Source: an uncultured Candidatus Saccharibacteria bacterium
GTDB lineage: Bacteria > Patescibacteriota > Minisyncoccia > Minisyncoccales > GWA2-38-27
Length of the DNA stretch: 53,111 bases
Assembly: GCA_964479375.1 (NCBI GenBank)
Contig: CAYZKD010000004.1
Coordinates: forward strand, 1 to 53,111
Reading direction: 5' to 3'
The translations under genes and the position numbers were made by a program. Each line of letters opens with the position of its first letter. The stretch's first letter is position 1. Positions 27,346 to 35,773 of this stretch are shown here, piece after piece. Under the pieces are notes generated by a model that had not been told where the DNA came from, did no database searches, and saw nothing but the letters and a program-made list of their open reading frames with translations.

Positions 27346-27930
27346 ATGATTTCTATAGATCAAGTAAAAAAATTAAGAGAAGAGACCGGGGTTTCTATAT
27401 CAGACTGCAAGAAGGCGCTTGAAGAAACCGACGGAGATATGGAGAGGGCAAAAAGAGTGTTAAGAGAATGGGGGCAGGAACTGGCAGGCAAGAAAGCAGA
27501 AAGAGAGGCTGCCCAGGGGATAATCGATAGCTATATCCATCCCGATCAGAAAGTCGGGGTTTTGTTAAAGATAAGGTGTGAATCAGATTTTGTCGCCATG
27601 TCTAAAGAGTTTCAGAACTTGGCTCACGAGATTTGTCTTCAGATTGCAGCAATGAACCCTCTGTTTTTAAAAAAAGAGGATATCCCGGAGAAATTCTTGG
27701 ACGGGGAGAAAAGGATCTACCAAGAACAAATGAAAGAATCTGGAAAACCAGATGAAATTGTTAATCAGGTTATAGAAGGAAAACTGGAAAAATACAAGGG
27801 GAGGGTTTCTTTGCTCTCTCAGTCCTGGATTAAAGATGAGAGCAAGACCATACAGCAGTTAATAGAGGAGAATATAGCCAAGATTGGAGAGAATGTTTTT
27901 GTAGAAGAGTTTACTAGGTATAACATATAA
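27346..27930 (+). CDS. tsf: Elongation factor Ts (short form)
   Basis: VKKLREETGVSISDCKKALEETDGDMERA. The ATG at 27346 follows the rpsB stop. Confidence 0.88.
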   Translation: MISIDQVKKLREETGVSISDCKKALEETDGDMERAKRVLREWGQELAGKKAEREAAQGIIDSYIHPDQKVGVLLKIRCESDFVAMSKEFQNLAHEICLQIAAMNPLFLKKEDIPEKFLDGEKRIYQEQMKESGKPDEIVNQVIEGKLEKYKGRVSLLSQSWIKDESKTIQQLIEENIAKIGENVFVEEFTRYNI

Positions 27931-28229
27931 TGCTTCATCTTTTAACAACAGCCATTCTTTTTACCAGTCTTTTGGGCATTTCAGGCATTGTTATAAAAAA
28001 AATGTCTGTTTTGACCACTTTCCCTGAAGCAGAAAAAAGAGAAGAGCCGTTTTTTCAGGAGAAGATAAAAAAAGGGAAAGAGGGAGTTGGGCTTCTGCTA
28101 TCTGAGAGCGGAAGACGAGCTAAGATAACTTTTGCAAATTTAAGAGACAGAAGAAAGAATTGTCCCAAAAAGACAGAAGAAGAAAGAAGTTTTAGAGAAG
28201 ATTTTTGGAAGAATCTGAGAGAGGATTAG
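27930..28229 (+). CDS. Membrane-anchored hypothetical protein
   Basis: 99-aa ORF, TM at the N-terminus, charged tail. Its stop abuts tRNA-Thr. Confidence 0.45.
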   Translation: MLHLLTTAILFTSLLGISGIVIKKMSVLTTFPEAEKREEPFFQEKIKKGKEGVGLLLSESGRRAKITFANLRDRRKNCPKKTEEERSFREDFWKNLRED

Positions 28230-28301
28230 GCCTGAGTAGCTCAGTGGCAGAGCAACTGTTTTGTAAACAGTAGGTCGTCGGTTCAAATCCGACCTCAGGC
28301 T
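28230..28301 (+). tRNA. tRNA-Thr (anticodon TGT)
   Basis: Cloverleaf folded by hand: acceptor GCCTGAG/CTCAGGC, anticodon loop TTTGTAA, T-loop TTCAAAT. No encoded CCA. Confidence 0.9.
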
Positions 28302-28302
28302 C

Positions 28303-28331
28303 TTGACAATTGATCTCTTCAAGATTAAAAT
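28303..28331 (+). promoter_or_regulatory. Consensus-like promoter TTGACA-17-TAAAAT
   Basis: Read directly. It lies between tRNA-Thr and the 16S gene. Confidence 0.5.
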
Positions 28332-28379
28332 AACATAGAGTACATAAATTATATGTAGCAATAAAAGGAGACATCAAAA

Positions 28380-28430
28380 ATAACCGTGAAGGTTTCGAAT
28401 ATTATTGGATGTCTTCACGGTTATTTTTTT
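28380..28430 (+). terminator. Strong hairpin plus T-run
   Basis: ATAACCGTGAAG...CTTCACGGTTAT followed by T6. Confidence 0.7.
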
Positions 28431-28529
28431 GCTCTTTGAAAATTCTGTTAATTATTTAACAGGACATATTATAGAATTTGGTTTTTTAAAGTTGTTCTGG
28501 ATATTCCGAGATTTAATTCTCATTATTTT

Positions 28530-28560
<31 letters not shown>

Positions 28561-28833
28561 TGCGACGTGGATAAGGCATGCAAGTCGAATGTCCGTTTTG
28601 CGGACATGGCAAATGGGTTAGTAACACGTAGATACACGCCATTCGCATGGGAATAACCCCGAGAAATCGGGGCTAATACCCAATGGTCCCGTCTCTGACG
28701 GGTAAAGGCATTGAGCAATCAATGCCGGCGAGTGAGGGGTCTGCGTCCCATCAGCTTGTTGGTAGGGTAATGGCCTACCAAGGCTCTGACGGGTAGGGGG
28801 TGTGAGAGCATGATCCCCAACAATGGCACTGAG

Positions 28834-28865
<32 letters not shown>

Positions 28866-29385
28866 CGAGAATCTTCGACAATGGGCGAAAGCCTGATCGA
28901 GCGACGTCGCGTGCCCGAAGAAGCTCTTCGGAGTGTAAAGGGCTTTTCTAGAGGAAGAATCCGCCATTGGCGGATGACGGTACTCTAGGAATAAGGAGGT
29001 GCTAATCACGTGCCAGCAGCCGCGGTAATACGTGGTCTCCAAGCGTTATCCGGATTAATTGGGCGTAAAGAGTCCGTAGGCGTCTCGAAAAGTTTTTTGT
29101 TAAAGTTTCAGGGCTCAACCCTGAGAAGGCAAAGAAAACTGGCGAGATAGAGGGCGCTAGGGGCTGGGGGAACGGTCGGTGTAGGGGTGAAATCCGTTGA
29201 TATCGACCGGAACACCAAAAGCGAAGGCACCCAGCTGGGGCGACCCTGACGCTGAGGGACGAAAGCGTAGGTAGCGAAGAGGATTAGATACCCTCCTAGT
29301 CTACGCCGTAAACTATGGACACTGGCTATTTGAAGTGTCGACCCTTCAAGTGGCGAAGCTAACGCGTTAAGTGTCCCGCCTGGGA

Positions 29386-29417
<32 letters not shown>

Positions 29418-29884
29418 AGACGGGGCCTTACACAAGCGGTGGATCATGTGGCTTAATTCGACACTAAGCGAGGAACCTTACCAGGACTTGAAATTCTGCT
29501 GACATCCTGCTGAAAGGCGGGTTTCCTTCGGGACAGCAGGACAGGTGCTGCATGGTTGTCGTCAGCATGTGTCGTGAGACGCGCTCTTAAATGAGGTAAC
29601 ATGCGCAACCCTCATCCTATGTTTTAAGTGTCATAGGAAACTGCCCGGGATAACCGGGAGGAAGGTGAGGATGACGCCAAATCAGCATGGCCCTTTGACG
29701 TCCTGGGCTGCACACATGATACAATGGAACCGACAATGGGCGAAGCCGTAAGGTAGAGGTAATCCCATCAAACGGTTTCTTAGTCCGGACTGGGGTCTGC
29801 AATTCGACCCCACGAAGCTGGAATCGCTAGTAATCGCCAATCAGCCATGTGGCGATGAATATGTTTCTAAGGCTTGTACTCACC

Positions 29885-30289
29885 AAATAGATGCGCCTGG
29901 CAGATATATAGACCAGGGAGTTAAAATCTCCCTTTAATAGTCGAGGAATAGTCATTTATCGTGAGATAAGTGGCAGAGGATTCTAAGACAAATGGCAGCC
30001 CGAAGTATTTAACGAGGACCGATCCATGATTGGGTGGTGAGCATGGAGAAGGTAGCTACCATTACTCTAATTCGGGATGCCGGGAATGGCCCATATATCG
30101 ACCCAGGGAGATCTGACGTAGTATAACGAAACTAACGCTGCGTCAGAAGTCAGCTAGATCGTAGTACTTGGTATTATCAGTTAATACTGAGGAAGGATCT
30201 TCTCTAATGCTATGGCGTTAGAGCTCGCCGTATGCGGGAAATCTGCACGTACGGTGGGAACGTCACTGCTAAGTTTCTAGTAAACATTC
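29885..30289 (+). other. ORF-less 405-nt insertion in the 16S decoding-centre region, class unresolved
   Basis: Exon sequence CTTGTACTCACC | ... | GCCCGTCAC matches the conserved GTACACACCGCCCGTCAC only if 29885-30289 is removed. Confidence 0.7.
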
Positions 30290-30374
30290 GCCCGTCACGT
30301 CAAGCGAGCTGGGAATACCCGAAATCCCATCCTAGATGGGCTGAAGGTAGGCTCAGTGAGAGGGACGAAGTCGT

Positions 30375-31156
30375 TGGTGCAAACTGCACGTTGCGACCCT
30401 TGAGAGTAATTTCAAGGAAAAACTCGGCTATATGCTGGAAAAACTGAGAATTTAGGGTTACTTATGCTATAATAATAGAAAATGGAAAGTATAAGTAAAA
30501 ATACCACTAATGCAGTCAATCAGCAGGGAAGTTTTCTTGATTTTCCAGAAAACCCCTCAGAGACTACACGCCGAGCTCCTCTTTATCCAAAGGCAATCAA
30601 GGCTTATCTCCTTGGATGCTTACACGATGGGACCTATAGCTCTAATAAAAGATACCGGTTTTCCCAAAAGGGAACAAGGTGGCTTAAGGTCTTACGTAAT
30701 CTCTTTAAGAAGCTGGGTTATAATTCTTGGATATATTGTGAAAGGAAAGAGAGAGGTTTATGTTCTAGAAACGCTTGCTAAGTTTTTAGACATTTATTTC
30801 GATCCCCTGGAGTTAAGAAGTCGAGAAGAGAAAAAAGATTATATTAGGGGCTTCTTTGACGCCGAAGGCGGAATTCCTAAGGCGAAGGAAGATAGATTCT
30901 ATATCCAATTAACCCAAAGCGACAAAGAAAAGTTAAGCAAGATAAAAGATCTTCTCGTTCATTTAGGAATCGAGACAGGAAAGATCCATAATCCCAGCAA
31001 GAAGGTAGATCCTCATTACTGGAGGATTTACGTTCTGTCTGCTTCTCAGAAACGTTTTGTTAAAGAGATCGGATCTTGGCATCCGAGAAAAATAAGGACT
31101 TTGGAGAAGAGGATGGTGATATAGTCCATGCTCTATAGCGATATGGAGGTAACATG
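30375..31156 (+). mobile_element. Group I intron (782 nt) in the 16S 3' minor domain, splitting GAAGTCGT|AACAAGG
   Basis: The 5' exon ends in U and the intron ends in G. P1 forms between exon GUCGU and the intron guide GCGAC (30393-30397) with a U:G at the splice site. GATATAGTCC core motif at 31118-31127. Confidence 0.75.
30482..31124 (+). pseudogene. Double-motif LAGLIDADG homing endonuclease, frameshifted
   Basis: Motif 1 (YLLGCLHDGT) is in the frame of ORF 30482-30781. Motif 2 (IRGFFDAEGG) is in the frame of ORF 30510-31124. The frames switch near 30734-30738 (TGGATATATTGTG). Confidence 0.7.
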
Positions 31157-31323
31157 AACAAGGCACGGGTAGGGGAACCTGCTCGTGGATCATTTCAAAA
31201 AAAATTGTTTGGTTGACTGGGATTAATTTGTAAGAATTCTCAAATTAATCTCAAGGACGTTGGTCGATAGTCCACACTTTCGACCTATTCAGAACAACTT
31301 TAAGAAACCAAATTTTCAAAACT

Positions 31324-31347
31324 CCGCAGGCTTTCTGTGGTTTTTTT
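31324..31347 (+). terminator. Hairpin plus T7 downstream of 16S
   Basis: CCGCAG gctttc CTGTGG TTTTTTT. Confidence 0.6.
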
Positions 31348-31349
31348 GA

Positions 31350-31378
31350 TTGACCAGTGAACTTTTTTTTGCTAAAAT
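31350..31378 (+). promoter_or_regulatory. Promoter TTGACC-17-TAAAAT, 9 nt before the ATG at 31388
   Basis: Hexamers and spacing read directly. Confidence 0.6.
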
Positions 31379-31387
31379 TTTTAAAGT

Positions 31388-31891
31388 ATGGCAGTACCGA
31401 AAAAGATTACAAGCTTTTTGGATAAAAATAAGGTCAAGTATGGTTTAATAGAGCATAAGAAAGTTTTTACAGCTCAAGATAAGGCTGCGACTTTGAAGAT
31501 AAAGCCTGCCAAGGTGGCTAAAACCTTGGTGGTGAAGCTGGACAAGGAAGTGGTTTTGGCGGTCGTTCCGGCTCATAGGAACCTAGATAAGAATAAGTTT
31601 AAGAAGGTAGCCAGTAAATGGAGAAAAGGGCAGGATAAAAAAGCAGTAAAGAAGGTTTCCTTTGGGACAGAAAGGTGGATTAAGAATAATTTAACGGGAG
31701 CGAAGGCAGGGGTGGTTCCTCCTTTGGGGATTGTTTGGAGGTTGCCCACATTTGTTGACAATTCATTAATGAGAAATCCTAAAATTCTGATTAATTCCGG
31801 AGATTATAAAGTATCAGTTGAGATAACGCCGAATAACTTTAAAAAAGCGGTTCCGGAGATTGTAACAGGCTCTTTTAGCAAGGTAAAATAG
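31388..31891 (+). CDS. YbaK/EbsC-type aminoacyl-tRNA editing (deacylase) domain protein
   Basis: Has the overall YbaK-like pattern (FLDKNKVKYGLIEH..., VVPPLG). It lies inside the rRNA operon spacer. Confidence 0.65.
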   Translation: MAVPKKITSFLDKNKVKYGLIEHKKVFTAQDKAATLKIKPAKVAKTLVVKLDKEVVLAVVPAHRNLDKNKFKKVASKWRKGQDKKAVKKVSFGTERWIKNNLTGAKAGVVPPLGIVWRLPTFVDNSLMRNPKILINSGDYKVSVEITPNNFKKAVPEIVTGSFSKVK

Positions 31892-31896
31892 AGGAA

Positions 31897-31973
31897 GGGC
31901 GTGTAGCTCAGGCGGCAAGAGCGCGTCTCTGATAAAGACGAGGTCCCAGGTTCGAGTCCTGGCACGCCCACCA
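31897..31973 (+). tRNA. tRNA-Ile (anticodon GAT), CCA encoded
   Basis: Acceptor GGGCGTG/CACGCCC, anticodon loop CTGATAA, T-loop TTCGAGT. Confidence 0.92.
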
Positions 31974-32088
31974 GAAAAACTAGACCGGGTCTAGTTTTCA
32001 CAAAGGAGGTCGGGGAGATTGGGTATCTCCCTGTGTAGGAAATTATTCAAAACCGAGGGTTTTGAAGGAGCGAGTTTCTGCGAGCGAC

Positions 32089-32161
32089 GGGCCCGTAGTT
32101 CAGCGGCCAGAACGCCTCATTTGCAATGAGGAGGTCGTGGGTTCAATTCCCACCGGGTCCA
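32089..32161 (+). tRNA. tRNA-Ala (anticodon TGC), G3:U70 present
   Basis: Acceptor GGGCCCG/CGGGTCC, anticodon loop TTTGCAA, T-loop TTCAATT. Confidence 0.9.
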
Positions 32162-32264
32162 CTACGTTGAAGATATTAGAACCTTCTTTAAGCAGAATCC
32201 AGAGTTGGCTGGCGCAAATTTGTGTTGCTTTTGCGAATCGTCTAAAGAGCCTACATCTCATTTA

Positions 32265-33080
32265 TTATAATGGACTTTTAATATTTTTAAGATTGGGATT
32301 TGTTACTTGGGTATAGATTTGTGTCGTTCGAATGTTTTGATGGCCCAAAAGCTCTTGCACATACCTGACACTAACGCCGTTCTCTAATAAATGTGTCGCA
32401 AAGCTATGTCTTAAAGAATGGAAAGTAGCACCTTTTTTGATATTTGTCTTCCGGATCGCGTTTTCAAAAGCTTTTTGAACCGCTCTTTCTGTTAGTTTTC
32501 CGCCTCGTTCGCTTTCAAAAAAGTAGTCGCTTGGATTTTTGCCAGCGATTAAATTTTTAAGACCGGTTTTTATTTTATCCGGAAAGATAGTGATTCTTTC
32601 CTTTTTGCCTTTGGCATTCTTAAGATGGATAGTTAGTTCCTTTAAATTAACATCTTTTATTTTCAAATTGACAACCTCGCCGATCCTTAAACCGGCGCCG
32701 TAAGCCAAAGAGATTATCAATTTATGTTTTGAGTTCTTGATTACATCGATAATATTTTTGATTTCTTCTCTCGATAAAACAATTGGCAATTTTTTACTCC
32801 GTTTGGCGAATTTTAGGTTTATCTTTCGGGAAGTTTTCAATACTTCGCGGTAAAAAAACTTTATTGCGCCTAAGTAAAGGTTTACTGTTTGTGAAGAGTA
32901 ATTTTTGCGATGTTTATTTAATAAAAACTGCCCTATGTTTTCCTCGTCTATTTTTTCTAGATTAAACTTTTTAAAATCAAAATACTCTTTTAAACAGCCG
33001 AGATAAGCTTTTATAGTTTTGGAGCTATAATTCCTTAATTTTAATGCCTGTTCTGTTTGTTTTAAATATTCTTGTTTCAT
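32265..33080 (-). CDS. Tyrosine recombinase (271 aa), IntI/Xer-like but lacking the IntI-specific insertion
   Basis: N-terminal SAM-like domain (YSSKTIKAYLGCLKEYF), AYGAGLRIGEV, HSLRHSFATHLL, LLGHQNIRTTQIYTQV, and a C-terminal NIKSPL. Confidence 0.85.
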   Translation of the reverse strand: MKQEYLKQTEQALKLRNYSSKTIKAYLGCLKEYFDFKKFNLEKIDEENIGQFLLNKHRKNYSSQTVNLYLGAIKFFYREVLKTSRKINLKFAKRSKKLPIVLSREEIKNIIDVIKNSKHKLIISLAYGAGLRIGEVVNLKIKDVNLKELTIHLKNAKGKKERITIFPDKIKTGLKNLIAGKNPSDYFFESERGGKLTERAVQKAFENAIRKTNIKKGATFHSLRHSFATHLLENGVSVRYVQELLGHQNIRTTQIYTQVTNPNLKNIKSPL

Positions 33081-33136
33081 AATTTTACAAAGAATGGTAA
33101 GCTAAAACTGTTAATAATTGGTTACTAGGGCCTCTA

Positions 33137-33165
33137 TCAACAATTGTACATTGAGTTCGTATAAT
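33137..33165 (+). promoter_or_regulatory. Promoter-like TCAACA-17-TATAAT pointing into the cassette array
   Basis: Read directly. It lies between the recombinase start and the attI-like junction. Confidence 0.35.
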
Positions 33166-33219
33166 ATGCAACAAAGGACCGGCTGCTTACATTCAATTCG
33201 CATAGAAACGAGTTAAGTG
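33166..33219. other. attI-like junction: collapsed repeat (ATGCAAC-aaa-GGA...CTTACATTCAATTCG) followed by GTTAAGTG
   Basis: Resembles repeat B with its L''-L' core deleted. GTTAAGTG is the reverse complement of the R'' box of repeat A. Confidence 0.45.
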
Positions 33220-33279
33220 AAATTGCCCAAAGCCCTTACATGTGATTAAATTTATATAATATCAAATAATTTTCTTATT

Positions 33280-33972
33280 ATGATGGCAGAAAAAATTAAC
33301 AGACCTTTTGTTTTCCTTTGTACGGGAATGTCTTTAGATGGTAAACTCGCAACATCTGAAAGGAAACAAACCGAAATAGCAACCAATGATGACAAAGAAA
33401 TGATGTATGAATGCAGAATAAAAGCTGATGCAGTCATGGTTGGCGGAAGAACTTTGTTTTTGGATGATCCTGGGCTTACTGTAAAAACAAAAGAAAGACA
33501 AAACCAAAGATTGAAACTTGGCAAAACCAAAAATCCTTTCAAGGTTGCGATTGTTTCTGATGTCGCAAATTTAAAACCAACAGGGGATTTCTTTCATAGA
33601 GGAGATACAAAGAAAATAATTTTTACAACTGAAAAATCACCTGAATCAAAAATCAATGAGTTAAAATATTTTTGCGAAATTTATGTTTACGGAAAACAAA
33701 AGGTAGATTTAAAACAAGCATTATCGAAACTTTATGAATTGGGTGTGAAATCATTAATGGTTGAAGGTGGTGGAGAGTTAATTTTTTCGTTATTGAAAGA
33801 TAATTTAGTTGATGAAATCAATCTTAAAGTTGGAAATTTAATTATTGGAGGAAGAAATTCTCCAACCTTTTGTGATGGCGATGGTTTTCTGCAAGATACT
33901 GCTAAAAAAGTTAAATTGATTGATTTAATCAAAAAAGAAAATTATTTGATTCTAAAGTATAAAGTCGAATAA
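33280..33972 (+). CDS. RibD C-terminal-domain / dihydrofolate-reductase-like reductase (cassette 1)
   Basis: GMSLDGKLAT, ADAVMVGGRT and LMVEGGGEL. Confidence 0.75.
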   Translation: MMAEKINRPFVFLCTGMSLDGKLATSERKQTEIATNDDKEMMYECRIKADAVMVGGRTLFLDDPGLTVKTKERQNQRLKLGKTKNPFKVAIVSDVANLKPTGDFFHRGDTKKIIFTTEKSPESKINELKYFCEIYVYGKQKVDLKQALSKLYELGVKSLMVEGGGELIFSLLKDNLVDEINLKVGNLIIGGRNSPTFCDGDGFLQDTAKKVKLIDLIKKENYLILKYKVE

Positions 33973-34046
33973 ACGGGCTTTGGGCAACTTGCTCACTATC
34001 GTTCGCGCCTCGCTGCGCTCTCACTCCATTTCATTCCGTTCGGGTC

Positions 34047-34142
34047 ACTTAACAAGGATTATGAGAGAAATGCCTCAGCTCGGCATTTCTCCAAATTTGC
34101 TCCACTTCGTTCCGCAAACTTCTCATAATCCTAACGTTATAT
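34047..34142. repeat. attC-like palindrome A (96 nt)
   Basis: ACTTAAC-aa-GGATTATGAG ... CTCATAATCC-taac-GTTATAT, with inner hairpin AAATGCC/GGCATTT. Confidence 0.6.
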
Positions 34143-34202
34143 TCAATATTATTCTTGCCCCTTAACGATAAATTTATAATCATTCAAATTTAACTAATAC
34201 TT

Positions 34203-34718
34203 ATGACATCAAAAGCCCTTATACTTGTAGATTTCGAAAAAGAATGGACTGATAAAAATTCAGATTATTTTGTTGGAGATGTTTCCGAGTTAATCGAAAA
34301 AACCAACAAACTTATTGATTTTTGTAGAAAAAATAATTACAAAATAATCTTCACTACGCACATCGAAAAAGATTCTAATAAAGCGTTTGTTGAAAACTCC
34401 GAAAATGTGGAAATTATCGATAAAATCAATAAACAAGATTCCGATGTGCTAATAAAGAAAAATAAAATCAGTCCATTCTTTAAAACAGATTTGGATAAGC
34501 ATCTTGAAGGAATTGATGAAATTGTCATCGCTGGAATTTTGACTAATTTGTGTGTTAGAAGCTTGGCTCAAGATGCTTATGATAGAGATTTTGAAATCAA
34601 ACTTATCAAAGATTGTTGTCAGGCTTTTGACAAAGAAACTCACAATTTCACAATCAAAGATTTGAAAGCTACAAGAGAAGAAATTGAATTCTTAAATTTG
34701 AATGAGTTTATTAAATAG
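34203..34718 (+). CDS. Isochorismatase-family cysteine hydrolase (cassette 2)
   Basis: ALILVDFEKEW and IAGILTNLCVRSLAQDAYDRDF. Confidence 0.8.
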   Translation: MTSKALILVDFEKEWTDKNSDYFVGDVSELIEKTNKLIDFCRKNNYKIIFTTHIEKDSNKAFVENSENVEIIDKINKQDSDVLIKKNKISPFFKTDLDKHLEGIDEIVIAGILTNLCVRSLAQDAYDRDFEIKLIKDCCQAFDKETHNFTIKDLKATREEIEFLNLNEFIK

Positions 34719-34721
34719 AAC

Positions 34722-34880
34722 GGGGCAAAAATAATACTCTGAAATTTCCCTTCGGGACGTTGCACTAAATTTCAGCCCTTCGAGGAATGTAACAAAGGAT
34801 ATGAGGTTACGAAGTCTTGCAGACTTCTCCACCCAAATTGCTCCCTGCGGTCGCAACTTCTCATATCCCCGATGTTATAT
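34722..34880. repeat. Repeat B: outer arm, CTGAAATTT/AAATTTCAG hairpin and attC-like palindrome (34787-34880)
   Basis: ATGTAAC-aaa-GGATATGAG ... CTCATATCC-ccgat-GTTATAT. Roughly 90% identical to repeat C. Confidence 0.65.
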
Positions 34881-34955
34881 TCAATTCCGCTCCCTCTCTC
34901 AAATGCTTATGTAATTCAATGATTTTATAAAATCCTACAATCTTATATAATTATA

Positions 34956-35771
34956 ATGATGAAAATAAAAGAAATTCAAGCATCCTCAATAATCACTAAA
35001 TCAAATTTGCCCGATGCAGATTATGTCATAAATCCTTATATTGGCTGTATGCATTCTTGTTTGTATTGCTATGCAAGATTTATGAAAAGATTTACTGGGC
35101 ACACAGAAGAATGGGGCAAATTTATAGATGTAAAAGTAAATGCGCCCGATTTAATTCCTGCCAAAACTTCAAAATATAAAGGAAAATCAATTTTTCTCGC
35201 TTCTGTAACTGACGCATATTTACCTCTTGAAAGAAAATACCAACTTACTCGCAAAATTTTAGAAAAACTTATTCCTCTACAATCAAACTTAGGGGTTCAA
35301 ACAAAATCGGATTTGGTTGTGCGAGATATTGATTTGCTCAAGCAATTCAAAAATTGCGAAGTTGGTTTTACTATTACTACTTTGGATGATAATTTGCGTA
35401 AAGAAATTGGGCCATTTACTTCGTCAGTTCAAAATAGAATTAAAGCGCTCGAAAAATTGAAAGAAGCAGGAATTAAATCTTATGTCTTTATTGGTCCCAT
35501 ATTGCCATTTTTGACAGATTGGAAAAAGATAATTCTTGAAACAAAACATTGCTCTGATTTATACATGTTTGAAAATTTGAATGTTAGAGGCAATATTTGG
35601 GACTCTGTCAAAAAATGGCTCAATGAAAAACATCCAAAATTATTAGAAGATTATGAGCGCATTTACTTTTCTAAAAGTGATTATTGGGATAAAGCTGAGG
35701 AAGAAATAAAACAATTCTGCAAAGAGCAAAGGGTAGAATATAGAATTTATTTTCATCATGGAAAGAAGTAG
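34956..35771 (+). CDS. Radical SAM protein (SplB/DNA-photolyase-like family, COG1533-like) (cassette 3)
   Basis: CMHSCLYC (CxxxCxxC), about 270 aa. Confidence 0.75.
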   Translation: MMKIKEIQASSIITKSNLPDADYVINPYIGCMHSCLYCYARFMKRFTGHTEEWGKFIDVKVNAPDLIPAKTSKYKGKSIFLASVTDAYLPLERKYQLTRKILEKLIPLQSNLGVQTKSDLVVRDIDLLKQFKNCEVGFTITTLDDNLRKEIGPFTSSVQNRIKALEKLKEAGIKSYVFIGPILPFLTDWKKIILETKHCSDLYMFENLNVRGNIWDSVKKWLNEKHPKLLEDYERIYFSKSDYWDKAEEEIKQFCKEQRVEYRIYFHHGKK

Positions 35772-35773
35772 TC

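Noticed and set aside
30482-31124. Two separate overlapping genes (99 aa and 204 aa)
   Set aside because: Each carries one half of a double-motif LAGLIDADG enzyme, so a single frameshifted gene is the simpler reading.
31255-31290. A further small group I intron after GGATCA that might restore the anti-SD (GATAGTCC motif at about 31267)
   Set aside because: The region is too short for a group I core. No CCTCC follows, and the sequence is followed by a terminator hairpin.
32062-32316. 84-aa track ORF
   Set aside because: It overlaps tRNA-Ala and has no coding features.
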